The translations under genes and the position numbers were made by a program. From positions 1 through 58,631 of IMG/VR virus record IMGVR_UViG_3300037510_000677: 58,631 bases of DNA, one strand, 5' to 3'. Below are positions 28,717 through 38,194 of this stretch, piece after piece. The stretch's first letter is position 1. Every line of letters begins with the position of its first letter. A model generated the notes under the pieces. The model saw only the letters and a program-made list of their open reading frames with translations, did no database searches and was not told the DNA's origin. The stretch is from a virus (taxonomy: Duplodnaviria > Caudoviricetes).

Positions 28717-29241
28717 TTAACCAAAAGTTGATTTTTTATTTCCCTGACTCCATCCGGTCTCATTAACAATGGGTCTTGCTGGCATCGTGGGGTCTCCCAT
28801 CATGGTTTTTAACGCTGGCAATCCTTCGACTTGATCTCTCATCCAAGCCTTGGATTTTTCTACCCAGTTTTCGGTAAAGACTCTTGGCCTTTCACAAAGA
28901 ATAGCGCCTTTATAAAAGATGCATCCAGCAAATTGATTATGAATTTTGACATCTTTGTTAAAGAAGTAATCAGGATGTCTGTCAGCAGGAACTGTTGTCC
29001 ACCCTCTTCGCATGGTGTCAGACCAGTTACCTTGGTCAAATTCATCACGAATAAAGGCGCGTTTCCATGCATATTCCCAACCCCAGGGGATAATTTCTTG
29101 CGGAATATCTAGCGGATTACCAAAGGCCATGTTTTGAACTTTGTTAAGCTCTGCAATGCGTTCTTCTAATCTTCTTCTGTCATCTGCGCGGCTGTCTCGT
29201 TGTTCTCTTTCGCCGCGAATTAAATCTCTATCTTTAGACAT
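28717..29241 (-). CDS. Conserved head-module protein
   Basis: LDIP...GWEYAW.R...GW..VPADRHP...ILCERP; lies between scaffold and capsid genes. Confidence 0.75.
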   Translation of the reverse strand: MSKDRDLIRGEREQRDSRADDRRRLEERIAELNKVQNMAFGNPLDIPQEIIPWGWEYAWKRAFIRDEFDQGNWSDTMRRGWTTVPADRHPDYFFNKDVKIHNQFAGCIFYKGAILCERPRVFTENWVEKSKAWMRDQVEGLPALKTMMGDPTMPARPIVNETGWSQGNKKSTFG

Positions 29242-29242
29242 G

Positions 29243-30256
29243 TTATACCCCTTTGAATTTTATGTTTTGTCTAACGGTTGCGTTTTCTTTTCTGTCTCGT
29301 AATTGCGCTTTAACGTAAGCTTCCGGAGAAATCTTTAAATCTCTAATCATTTGCTTTTCATCGGTGCTTAAGCGATAAGTCTCTCTTCCCCCGCCTTGAT
29401 GGGAATTCCTAGCAGGCGCAACGGGAGTTCTATTGTTTTGAACGCGAGGAGCTGACCTCGTGTTTGGGTTTCTGGTCATGCTTTGTCTCGTTTGGTGAAC
29501 GTAATTGTTAAGGTGGTCTAGGTATTCCGGTGAACCAATCATGTGAGCAAGACCGTTTTGCGCAAGGTTTGCATTCCATTGACTGGTATAGTTGTCTACC
29601 AATTGCGTTAATCTCGCATCATGATGCGGAGAATTTGGCATCACCCAATCAGCGTTGTCGTTTAACCAGTTATCAATCATCGGCGCATTGGATTCGTACG
29701 GGTCAGGAGGCGTTTGCTGGGCAAAGCGTTCCTGCTGTCTTTGCCTTACGGCTTCTTGTGATTTCCAACTCTTAACCGCTTCTGCTGCATTAACGGCTCT
29801 GGCAAGCTCTAGTGTTGCTTCAGCTTCTTCTTGCGGGTCGCCTGCTTCTTTTGCTGCAGCTAATCTTTGCTTTGCAACCGCTAAATTTGTTTCAACCGTT
29901 GCATCGTAATGAGCCACTGCTGCTTGAGAAGAAAGTTCTGCTTGGGCTCTTGTTTGTTCTAGTTCTTCTCTAACACGCGCAAGTTCACCTAAAGCTTGAT
30001 ACTTTTCACGCTGAATTTGATTCAAGCGAGTTTTTAAAGAATCCCGAGCTTTAGGTTCTCGGTATTCTTCTTCCTCTTCTTCTTCAGGTTCCTCTCGTTT
30101 AACTTCTACTTCGTCTTTATTTTCTGGCTCTATAGCAACTTCATCGGGAACGCCTGTGACAACGGCTTCTTCAACAGGAAGCGCATCCCCTTCAATGTCT
30201 GGCATTTCTGGTAATTCATAGGAAGATATTTGATATTCTGATTGTTCTTGTTTCAT
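29243..30256 (-). CDS. Scaffolding protein
   Basis: Acidic N-terminus, coiled coil, W...N.W, PVAP and LS.DEK.M...L.ISPEAY C-terminus. Confidence 0.75.
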   Translation of the reverse strand: MKQEQSEYQISSYELPEMPDIEGDALPVEEAVVTGVPDEVAIEPENKDEVEVKREEPEEEEEEEYREPKARDSLKTRLNQIQREKYQALGELARVREELEQTRAQAELSSQAAVAHYDATVETNLAVAKQRLAAAKEAGDPQEEAEATLELARAVNAAEAVKSWKSQEAVRQRQQERFAQQTPPDPYESNAPMIDNWLNDNADWVMPNSPHHDARLTQLVDNYTSQWNANLAQNGLAHMIGSPEYLDHLNNYVHQTRQSMTRNPNTRSAPRVQNNRTPVAPARNSHQGGGRETYRLSTDEKQMIRDLKISPEAYVKAQLRDRKENATVRQNIKFKGV

Positions 30257-30265
30257 GGTGTTTCC

Positions 30266-30919
30266 TTAGTCTCTACGAACATCTTGGGGGTCTTGTACAA
30301 CAGCTAAAATCCTGTCATCAGGAAGAATCATGAAAGGAATGTCTTTGTAGGTTATTAATGTGCCTTCGTGGCGGGGGATGATGACAAAGTCACCGGGTCT
30401 ACACCAAACCATGTTGGAGCTATTGCGTTTAAAATGACCTGTCTTGTAAGCATCTGGGCCTAATTTCATGACCAAGCCAACACAGCTTGACCATTTGTCA
30501 TTGGAGGTATAAATATTTGAAAGCAAAATGCTTACCGTTGTGCCGTCTTCGCGTTGAATGGTGTGATAGTCTTCAGGGCGGGTATAAATCTTGACTAAAA
30601 TTTGATAACCGCAAGGTCTTGGGGGTTCAAATCCCAGTTCCTTTATAATTAATTCGTCAACTTCTTTTGCTTCATGCGGTTCGATGTAGCTTAATGAGTG
30701 CTCAATAGCGCTGACATCGTTATCAAACGTATGATTGTTAGGATAAAGATTTTTGGCTTTTTCTCTAATTAATGAAAGTCTTTCTTCTTTTTCTGCTTTA
30801 TCTTGAATGGATTTTTGTAATTCTGCTTCGGTTTTATATCCTTGCGGCATCGTAAGATGGGCAGGGAGTTGAATTAAATTACCAGGGACTGAGTCGCCCC
30901 CTATTGTCTGTATCGTCAT
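30266..30919 (-). CDS. GroES/Cpn10-like co-chaperonin with N-terminal extension
   Basis: P.GYQILVK...GLVMKLGPDAY...WCRPGDFV...G......F.ILPDDRILAVV. Confidence 0.8.
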   Translation of the reverse strand: MTIQTIGGDSVPGNLIQLPAHLTMPQGYKTEAELQKSIQDKAEKEERLSLIREKAKNLYPNNHTFDNDVSAIEHSLSYIEPHEAKEVDELIIKELGFEPPRPCGYQILVKIYTRPEDYHTIQREDGTTVSILLSNIYTSNDKWSSCVGLVMKLGPDAYKTGHFKRNSSNMVWCRPGDFVIIPRHEGTLITYKDIPFMILPDDRILAVVQDPQDVRRD

Positions 30920-31145
30920 TTTTATCTCCGTTGTTTTCTTCTTCTTGTGGTTCTTCTAATTCTTCTTGGAATAATTCTTTGTAAACTTTTTTAATAATGT
31001 TTTGTGCGATGCGAACGCCAAAAAGCTTTCCTTGCAAAAACTTAAATTCTTCTAGTTGAGAGAAGGTGCTAGAGCACAATCCCTCAACAAGGTCTTTTTC
31101 TGTTTCTTTTAAACGACTTCTTACATCGTCTATTAATCTTGACAT
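30879..31145 (-). CDS. Small conserved head-module protein
   Basis: EFKFLQGKLFGV pattern, between portal and GroES-like genes. Confidence 0.7.
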   Translation of the reverse strand: MSRLIDDVRSRLKETEKDLVEGLCSSTFSQLEEFKFLQGKLFGVRIAQNIIKKVYKELFQEELEEPQEEENNGDKNDDTDNRGRLSPW

Positions 31146-31934
31146 TTAACAGCTCTTAATCTTCTTTAAAGGTTTAGGTTTGCCGCTAAGGGTTGCTTCT
31201 CCATGACGAATTTTGGCGACACCGCCTGCTGCTAATTTCACAGGTTTCACCTTGACGCCATGCTCACCGCGCATTGGCCAATGAGTGTCTCCTCCCATCG
31301 AGCCGCGTAAATTGCCAGAGCCTGACTTGGAATTTCCACCCATGGTTTGACTAACGCTTGGGCCTTGCGGATCTGCGTAACCGCCCGCATTAAAACGCTT
31401 TAAGTGTCCGCCTGCTTTTAACTTGACGGACTTTACTTTAACCCCGTGTTCGCCTTTCATTGGCCAATGGGTATCGCCCCCTTTGGAGCCTCTTAAATTG
31501 TCATGCCCTGCTTTAACTGGGCCCCCTGAGGCGTAGCAATGTTTTAGATGGCCTTCGCCTTTCTTCATCATGTGCACACGTCTGGTTGGGTGACGGGCAA
31601 CACCGCCTTTCTTTAGGTGTTCAGCATCTTCGAACTTAACCGTTTTCATGGCTGGTGTTTTTGCACGCGTTGGAATGTGTAAATCGGTTTGCTCTTTGCT
31701 CATGGCATGGGTTTTTGGAGTACTTCCGCCCATGACCTTTGCTGCATGGTGACGAGGAGCGGGGTTGCCCTCGATTGCGTGACCGCCATTTTTAAAAGGA
31801 CGCATATTGGTTCTGCCAGGACTTGACATGCTCATGGTTTGTGCTGGATGGTCTGCTGCTCTTAATTCATGAGCAAACATCTTTTCTGCGTTTGAACGCA
31901 TAGAATCATTTCCGCTAAAGCCAGGTTTAAACAT
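31146..31934 (-). CDS. Basic low-complexity protein with xxxGG repeats
   Basis: Start re-called at ATG 31934; FKNGG/LKKGG/YASGG/LKAGG/FNAGG/LAAGG; 31-aa internal duplication. Confidence 0.7.
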   Translation of the reverse strand: MFKPGFSGNDSMRSNAEKMFAHELRAADHPAQTMSMSSPGRTNMRPFKNGGHAIEGNPAPRHHAAKVMGGSTPKTHAMSKEQTDLHIPTRAKTPAMKTVKFEDAEHLKKGGVARHPTRRVHMMKKGEGHLKHCYASGGPVKAGHDNLRGSKGGDTHWPMKGEHGVKVKSVKLKAGGHLKRFNAGGYADPQGPSVSQTMGGNSKSGSGNLRGSMGGDTHWPMRGEHGVKVKPVKLAAGGVAKIRHGEATLSGKPKPLKKIKSC

Positions 31935-34416
31935 TAGGTTTCTCCGCCTTGTGTTGAGGTTTACGTATATTGGCAATGACTAAGTCGACTTCGTTTTTCT
32001 CCTCAGCCATTTCTTGCTCGGCTTCTATCTTGGCCTTATCGCCCTCGAATCGAAGCTGTGTCTTAAAGGCTTCCACTTCTGCCTTCTCTTGTGATATTTC
32101 CTTATCTGCTTCAACACGCGCCATCGTTTCTTGTGATTTTAATTGAGCGGCTTCGCGTCTTTGTTCAATGTCTGCCATCATGACTTTTTGCGGTATGATT
32201 TGAGCCTCTTGTGCTTCCATTTGTTGTAATTGTTCTTGCTCCATCTGCTGCTTGGCTTCTTCAGCATTCATCAATGAAACTTGATTTTGAATTTCTGGTA
32301 TTTGTAATAATTGTTCTTCGGGTACATTAAACTGCTGCGCCAACATTGGGTTTTGACTTAAGATTTGTTTTGCAACTTTATTGGCGTAATGCGATTGAAT
32401 ATGGGATTCCATTTGCATCATAAACATAGGATTTGTTTGCATAAAAACAGGATTATTGGAAACCTGCTGCACAAATCTACGATGAAGTAAGATATGTGAA
32501 TCATCATCTTGAAAATAAGCTGTCCTAATCGGCTGATTTTGAAATAAAAGGACATTTTCAGAATTAGCGTCTAAGGCTTGAGGTTGCGGGACAGGCTTTA
32601 ACAGCTTATCGATGTTATCAATCCCCATCGCGGTATACATCATGCGATAGGCTTCTCTTAAGTCATGCATCTCTGGGGCGGCTTGAGCAAGCTTTAAAAA
32701 CGCTTCTGCCCTTAATAACCGATGCGTGCTGGTTAAGACATTGGGGTCTGATACCGGAACGATATTAATTCTGTCGCTAAAATCTTGCTTCATGATGGCA
32801 GATTCTTTACCGGGCACCATGAAGGGATAAGGTTCTGGGGGAAGCACGTCTGCAAAGAGGTCAAACAAAAGCTTGAATTCGTACTTTTGCGAATTATGCA
32901 TTGACATTAGGGATGCTGATTGCAACCGGGTTGCAATCTCAATCATAGAAAGCGTTGTACCAACGGGGGTGTTTTGCCCCTGCTCTGGTATCTGCTCTTC
33001 GGTAGCTGCCAAAAGACTTAAGGTCTCTTGTTTTAGCTCCGTTCGCAAAGCTGCCAAGACTTGAGATGGTTCTGCATAAGGCATCGGCATGATGCAGTCG
33101 CTTATTGGCATCCCGCCCGTTTCGACTTCATGCCATTCTGCAGGCCCAATGGCTTTATCATTGGTTTCTGCTCTCAAGCTCTTGGTCTTAAGCCCCCCTG
33201 GGAAATTTTTTAAAGTACCAGCGTCTAATTGCTGTCTTAGGACACTAGTTAAGGTAATAGAGTTAGAGCCCACTAAATGGGCAAGCCCAATGCCATAAAG
33301 TCCAAAGCCTGGTAAGAACTTATATTGGACAAAGTATTCGCGTCTTTTAAAGTTTGGGTCGCCTTCTTTCCAGTTGCGCCTGATGGCAACAACCTTTTTA
33401 AGCGCCTCGCAAATTGTGACGATGTAAGGGCATGGCAATTCGTTGCGTTTAGTGTCTTCATCGCTTCGTAAATCCTTTTCATCAAGTTCTACGTGGCATT
33501 CATACATTTTGAAAAGGCTTTTGTTTTCGCTGGTACCCTTGTCTAACCCCTCTAGATTTTCTGATTTCTTATTAATAGAGGATGGTTCATCATCTTCATC
33601 ATTGGCGTTTTCAGGGAGCGTGCACTTAACAAATTCCCCCCGGCTTTGTCTTAATAAAAAATCTTTACGGGTAATGTAGTAAACTTGAGTCACGCGGTTA
33701 GAGGCCAACAAGGATTCAGTGTTAATGTTGACGATAAAGTCTTGCGGTTTAACAAAGCGGCCAATGGGAAGATTGGTTAAGGGGTCTTGGTAGACCTTCC
33801 TAAAACCAGAGCCCATGAAGATGGTATAAAGGATAGCTTCGTCAAAATCGGGATAATAATCTTTATCAAGCTCTGTTAAATAGTAGTTCATGAAGAGTTT
33901 AACGCGGTCAGCTTCGTCTTCAGTTGCTTCTGTGGGGGTTCCAATGATTTCCACTCTAACTGGCCCAGCGGGCGGTAAAAGCTCTTTTTTAAAGACGGAG
34001 TAGTTACGGTATAGGGCAGTTGCTAACGTCGTGTCATAAGCCGCACAGGCCTGAAAAAAGGGGATATTGCGAAACTCTTCTACCTTAAGGCCAAGATAGT
34101 TCATGGCTAAGACGATTGTCTTTTCCCATTTGTCCCGGCTTGCCATGTCGTCTTTGATTTCATCAATCAGACGGGAGGCCAAAGCGCTCAAGGAAGGCGA
34201 CTTTAAAGATAGAGCTAAGTTCGCGTAGAAGTCGTCCTCGGGGGGTAAAACATCAGAATCACCACCCGAGTCTTCACTGACGACCTCATAAACCGTTGAA
34301 CCGTCCGGTAGTTCGGCAGTGGCTTGAATGTCTTCTAAAGGAATACCAGTATCGTCCTCAATGGGAGGAAGGATGTCGATTTCTACTTCATCTTCTTCTG
34401 GGAATTGAAACGCCAT
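31927..34416 (-). CDS. Portal protein
   Basis: F.ANLA...SR..WE; GSGFRKVY.D; YFVQYKFLPGFGLYGIGL.HL; RQ.LDAGTL.N.PGG; PVSDPN; Gln-rich tail. Confidence 0.9.
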   Translation of the reverse strand: MAFQFPEEDEVEIDILPPIEDDTGIPLEDIQATAELPDGSTVYEVVSEDSGGDSDVLPPEDDFYANLALSLKSPSLSALASRLIDEIKDDMASRDKWEKTIVLAMNYLGLKVEEFRNIPFFQACAAYDTTLATALYRNYSVFKKELLPPAGPVRVEIIGTPTEATEDEADRVKLFMNYYLTELDKDYYPDFDEAILYTIFMGSGFRKVYQDPLTNLPIGRFVKPQDFIVNINTESLLASNRVTQVYYITRKDFLLRQSRGEFVKCTLPENANDEDDEPSSINKKSENLEGLDKGTSENKSLFKMYECHVELDEKDLRSDEDTKRNELPCPYIVTICEALKKVVAIRRNWKEGDPNFKRREYFVQYKFLPGFGLYGIGLAHLVGSNSITLTSVLRQQLDAGTLKNFPGGLKTKSLRAETNDKAIGPAEWHEVETGGMPISDCIMPMPYAEPSQVLAALRTELKQETLSLLAATEEQIPEQGQNTPVGTTLSMIEIATRLQSASLMSMHNSQKYEFKLLFDLFADVLPPEPYPFMVPGKESAIMKQDFSDRINIVPVSDPNVLTSTHRLLRAEAFLKLAQAAPEMHDLREAYRMMYTAMGIDNIDKLLKPVPQPQALDANSENVLLFQNQPIRTAYFQDDDSHILLHRRFVQQVSNNPVFMQTNPMFMMQMESHIQSHYANKVAKQILSQNPMLAQQFNVPEEQLLQIPEIQNQVSLMNAEEAKQQMEQEQLQQMEAQEAQIIPQKVMMADIEQRREAAQLKSQETMARVEADKEISQEKAEVEAFKTQLRFEGDKAKIEAEQEMAEEKNEVDLVIANIRKPQHKAEKPNV
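33092..33120 (-). repeat. 29-nt portal segment duplicated exactly at 39557-39585
   Basis: atgcagtcgcttattggcatcccgcccgt occurs at both loci. Confidence 0.95.
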
Positions 34417-34538
34417 TGCCTAACCTAAACGGGTAAAAGCCTGTTATGCTGGCGCATAACGCTGACGCTATTTGTGAAGATGAATAGCAATAATCAGATT
34501 AAATAAATCAAGCAAGCTCAACAAGGGGGGTTGAATAA

Positions 34539-34763
34539 ATGAATAAATGGCTGGATTTGAAAACGCTTTCGCAGCTACTCTTGGTATTAAACATTCTGAT
34601 GGTGTCAGGAGCCTGGGCATTGGCCTTTATGGTTGCAATACTGACTAATATAGGTATCTTGTGGCTTAAGGTGGATTGGGCGGCATTGTTTTCCTTTTTG
34701 GTGATTGGGGGAATAGGGTTGATTCCGACGGGTTGTTTTTGGGAAGCGATGAATGAGGATTAG
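34539..34763 (+). CDS. Small membrane protein
   Basis: Two or three hydrophobic segments; GGGGG RBS; first gene of the plus-strand array. Confidence 0.65.
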   Translation: MNKWLDLKTLSQLLLVLNILMVSGAWALAFMVAILTNIGILWLKVDWAALFSFLVIGGIGLIPTGCFWEAMNED

Positions 34764-35054
34764 ATGATGTTCGTAAGTAAATTTCCATCAGGATTGTCTG
34801 CATTATTTGCATATGGACTCGGTGATGACAATCACGGCAAAGGTCATAACCCAACGATAAGCTCTTGGCGAGAATGTTTAGACTATATTACTTATAATTG
34901 TATTTATGGTAAAAACATCCAACACACCTATTGTAAGACAGAATTTGAGTGCTTAAACATTATATCCGAAATTTTTAGGGTGTTAGACCGGGGCAGATAC
35001 AAGGAATGCAAAGATTTTATTATTGAGATGGTTAGAGAAAGGATTGAGGGGTGA
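34764..35054 (+). CDS. Cassette protein, KDFI family
   Basis: YKECKDFIIEMVRER. Confidence 0.75.
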   Translation: MMFVSKFPSGLSALFAYGLGDDNHGKGHNPTISSWRECLDYITYNCIYGKNIQHTYCKTEFECLNIISEIFRVLDRGRYKECKDFIIEMVRERIEG

Positions 35055-35473
35055 AAAAATATTTATTTAGAGCTTATTGCGTACCGGAAAACAAATGGTA
35101 TTATCGAAACATTGACGTGCAAAATTCATTTGGACAAGATGAATTCTTAGATGAAGAATCATTTAGCTTATTTTCTGGGTTAGTAGACGGCAATGGCGTA
35201 AAAATATTTGAGGGCGATGTGGTTTCGGTTTTTTCGGGATTTGGCGAAAACAATCATCAAATAAGAAGAATAGCTTTAGTTGTATTTGAAAATAGCTTTT
35301 TCAAACTTAAGTTACCGCGATGTCTGCTTCCTTATACCCTTGAGCAATATTGTAATAGTATGTCTAATTTAATATCGATTATAGGTAATATATATGAAGG
35401 AAGATTTAAACATTTAGAATCTATAATTCTAGCTGATGATAATTATAAGATATACGAGGAGGATTGGGTATGA
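35051..35473 (+). CDS. YopX-family protein
   Basis: FRAY...FSGLVDGNGVKIFEGDVV...V.F....F...IIGNIYE. Confidence 0.85.
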   Translation: MKKYLFRAYCVPENKWYYRNIDVQNSFGQDEFLDEESFSLFSGLVDGNGVKIFEGDVVSVFSGFGENNHQIRRIALVVFENSFFKLKLPRCLLPYTLEQYCNSMSNLISIIGNIYEGRFKHLESIILADDNYKIYEEDWV

Positions 35474-35483
35474 GAGCTGAAGG

Positions 35484-35666
35484 ATGAAGCGCATTACAAT
35501 AAGCGATTATTATCATGCGCGCGATTTATATTTAAATCATGGAGAAGATGATGATGTTTTCAATATTATATGTGATATTTTTCAAACATTACATTGGGAA
35601 AGCCCTAAAGAATGCAAAAATATTATCCTTAAAAAGATAAGGAAAACTAATGACGATAAGAAATAA
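35484..35666 (+). CDS. Cassette protein, KDFI family
   Basis: NIICDIF..L....KECKNIIL; paralogue of 34764..35054. Confidence 0.7.
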   Translation: MKRITISDYYHARDLYLNHGEDDDVFNIICDIFQTLHWESPKECKNIILKKIRKTNDDKK

Positions 35667-35901
35667 AAAATACTTGATAGTGCTTTTAGCATTTTTAATG
35701 CTGAGCGGCTGCGCAACGCATGAAGCAATACCGCCTGATAAGCTGCCAGGATTTTTTACTGGACTTTGGCATGGCTTTATAATAATATACTCGGTTATCG
35801 CCCATCTTTTTAATGAAAACATACGAATATATTCTACCTATAATAACGGTGGATGGTATGATTTTGGATTTTTCATTGGAATTTGTGTTTTTTTTAGTTA
35901 G
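35650..35901 (+). CDS. Conserved membrane lipoprotein
   Basis: LSGC lipobox; GFFxGLWHG...NNGGWYDFGF. Confidence 0.8.
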   Translation: MTIRNKKYLIVLLAFLMLSGCATHEAIPPDKLPGFFTGLWHGFIIIYSVIAHLFNENIRIYSTYNNGGWYDFGFFIGICVFFS

Positions 35902-35910
35902 GGAAGCAGT

Positions 35911-36009
35911 ATGAACTGGAATAAAGAAAAGTGTATGAGTTTTTTAGTTAAAGTGGTTACCGTTGTAGCGTGTATAGCGCTTTTTATTTTGCTTAAGAAG
36001 TATTCGTGA
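35911..36009 (+). CDS. 32-aa single-TM peptide (not in ORF track)
   Basis: MNWNKEKCMSFLVKVVTVVACIALFILLKKYS fills the gap exactly. Confidence 0.5.
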   Translation: MNWNKEKCMSFLVKVVTVVACIALFILLKKYS

Positions 36010-36300
36010 ATGACAGAAGAAATACACCCAACAATAAAGAGGTTGATTAATGAGGGAAAGTTGAGTGTTGGTCAGTTTTATAATGAAGATAAAAAATCTG
36101 CTGACTGGTGCTATTTTGTTAGGGATTTTTATGTCTTGTGGGAGCTATTTTCGGCCGGATTAATATCGGAAAGCCAGAGAGAAAAAATGAGCAGCGTGCT
36201 TTGTGCAACCACAAGAGTAATATTAGTCAAGAAGGATTTTATAATGCAACAGATAATAATAAGCATCTATGAACATCGAGAAATCGATGACAAAAGCTAA
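36010..36300 (+). CDS. Cassette protein, KDFI family
   Basis: VKKDFIMQQI. Confidence 0.7.
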   Translation: MTEEIHPTIKRLINEGKLSVGQFYNEDKKSADWCYFVRDFYVLWELFSAGLISESQREKMSSVLCATTRVILVKKDFIMQQIIISIYEHREIDDKS

Positions 36301-36526
36301 AATATTTGACGGCTCACTTGATTTTGCAATATTTAATTGGTATTGGCATGATTGTTATCTTTCGTCAATATTCCGCGAGATTATTCATGGAATAAAACAG
36401 GAAGATGAAGTGTTAAAAAGTAGGGAAATATTAAATTTTTTCAGCTTTATATTTCATAACAAGCCCAAGGAAGCAAAGGATTTTATAATGGAGCAAGTAA
36501 GGAAGAATGATGCAGGGCGAAATTGA
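36287..36526 (+). CDS. Cassette protein, KDFI family
   Basis: PKEAKDFIMEQVRK; start re-called at ATG 36287. Confidence 0.7.
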   Translation: MTKAKIFDGSLDFAIFNWYWHDCYLSSIFREIIHGIKQEDEVLKSREILNFFSFIFHNKPKEAKDFIMEQVRKNDAGRN

Positions 36527-36845
36527 TAACTTTATTGCAGAGCTGAAGGGAATAGCTGAATATAGTAGCGCTTCATCAATGCTATCGCCTTTCCACAAAC
36601 GTGTTGGGATCAATTATGGCTTAGAATTGCAAAGGCTTTATCTTTATGATGCTTATTGTATTAAGAATTCAACAGGACTATTAACGCTGTACAGGCTATA
36701 TAATCGCATACGGGACAAGCATGACCTTTATTTGTTAATTTTTATTGGGCTTGAGCTTAGAGGTCGCATCTATGAAAGCAGAAATACAAGAAAACTTATA
36801 AAAGATTATATAATGCAGGTAATTAGGGATAAGCAAAATGGTTAA
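36507..36845 (+). CDS. Cassette protein, KDFI family
   Basis: RKLIKDYIMQVIRDK. Confidence 0.75.
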   Translation: MMQGEIDNFIAELKGIAEYSSASSMLSPFHKRVGINYGLELQRLYLYDAYCIKNSTGLLTLYRLYNRIRDKHDLYLLIFIGLELRGRIYESRNTRKLIKDYIMQVIRDKQNG

Positions 36846-37116
36846 AAGCGACAACTTTTATAGCGATGAATATTGCATTATAAGTAATCCGTATGAATAT
36901 GAGTATATCTATAGGCTTTATGAATTTAACAAAATTGGATGTGATTTTAAAGGAAAAGGTTTGGGTGATACTTTCTGGGATGAAAACCCGGTTTCAAATT
37001 TTTTAGATTTACTAATTCATCCGCGGTCATTAAGAAATTTTCTTCTTAGAGGTTCATCTTATAAAAACGCTAAAGATATTATAATGAACGCTGCCGCAAA
37101 GAAGGCGGCAAGATGA
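36838..37116 (+). CDS. Cassette protein, KDFI family
   Basis: YKNAKDIIMNAAAKK. Confidence 0.75.
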   Translation: MVKSDNFYSDEYCIISNPYEYEYIYRLYEFNKIGCDFKGKGLGDTFWDENPVSNFLDLLIHPRSLRNFLLRGSSYKNAKDIIMNAAAKKAAR

Positions 37117-37346
37117 TTTTTGAATACGTAATTTTAGAATCTGCAAGTGACATTAATTGCAACCTTTTTGCGTATACTTATGATGATTACGAATATTGGG
37201 AAAACTCAAATGATGAGCTTGCCTGTGATTTTTGTCGTAATATTTTATGGTATGCAGGAGGAGACTACTCGGTTTTAAAAAACTTTATTCTTGAAAGCAT
37301 AGAAAGAAAAATTAAACTGAATAACAAAAATGAACCAAATCCTTGA
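37113..37346 (+). CDS. Cassette protein, KDFI family
   Basis: YSVLKNFILESIERK. Confidence 0.7.
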   Translation: MIFEYVILESASDINCNLFAYTYDDYEYWENSNDELACDFCRNILWYAGGDYSVLKNFILESIERKIKLNNKNEPNP

Positions 37347-37719
37347 TTTGCTGCTTAATCATCTAACATGGGTATTGTTATTAACAATTGCTGTTCTTCC
37401 GTATTTTCATTTAATTAAAATACATAAGTATTGGGGTGATGGGTTGCACAGTTATGATTTTGACCGCTGGTTTTTTTATAGATTCCTATCAGATGATATC
37501 GTATATTTTAGATTGATTCCTGAAGGACATTTAGTAAAAAAACCCAAAATAGCAAGAAAATTTATTACCACAGACAGGATTTCGATGCTTCACAAATTCT
37601 TATGGCATATTGAGACTAATAGCTCGGCGCTCGCAAGAAAGATGATTATGAATGAAGTTAACTATTTAACCGCCATTAACCGCAAAGCACAAGACTTCCC
37701 CCCCCCTAATACCCGTTAG
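37330..37719 (+). CDS. Cassette protein with N-terminal TM segment
   Basis: KFLWHI...ALARKMIMNEV. Confidence 0.7.
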   Translation: MNQILDLLLNHLTWVLLLTIAVLPYFHLIKIHKYWGDGLHSYDFDRWFFYRFLSDDIVYFRLIPEGHLVKKPKIARKFITTDRISMLHKFLWHIETNSSALARKMIMNEVNYLTAINRKAQDFPPPNTR

Positions 37720-38123
37720 ACGCAATCTTTCATCTTAGCCTCATACATTCTTTTAATAAATTCTACCATAAGAGTGTAGGCGTTTTTCCCCATGACGGGT
37801 GTATTCCTAGCCACATAAAACTTCAAGTTAAAGAAATGACATTTAAAGCTTTGGCAGTATATTTTTAAACCCATCATTTCCTTGTCCGTAATAAGTGGAA
37901 AATTTGAAGTTTTAGAGTCAAATAAAGCATTAAAAGTTTCAAAATCAACATTCACCGATACGCCAAATATGTAGCCTTTGTCATTCTCTTCTTGCCATGT
38001 TAATAGTCGATGATCTATCTCAAAAAAAGAGGTTGTTATAAAATGAAATTGTTCGTCTTCCTCGGAATGGTTATCTACCTTTAAATACCATAAGGGATCT
38101 GTAAGTATCGTTATTAAGCTCAC
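37716..38123 (-). CDS. Cassette protein (divergent member)
   Basis: Start re-called at GTG 38123 after AGGAGG; junction identical to that of 38453..38746. Confidence 0.7.
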   Translation of the reverse strand: MSLITILTDPLWYLKVDNHSEEDEQFHFITTSFFEIDHRLLTWQEENDKGYIFGVSVNVDFETFNALFDSKTSNFPLITDKEMMGLKIYCQSFKCHFFNLKFYVARNTPVMGKNAYTLMVEFIKRMYEAKMKDCV

Positions 38124-38194
38124 TTCAGCGCCTCCTTTAAATACCATAATGGCTCTGTAAGTGATGGCACATTTTCGTCATCATTCTGATTCAT
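38120..38194 (-). pseudogene. 24-codon chimeric cassette remnant
   Basis: MNQNDDENVPSLTEPLWYLKEALK; LTEPLWYLK matches the downstream gene, KEALK matches the end of 38743..39015. Confidence 0.6.

Noticed and set aside
34764-34820. SKFPSGLSALFA as another capsid-like peptide
   Set aside because: Similarity to PGLAAVFG and SKFP is too short and weak to support
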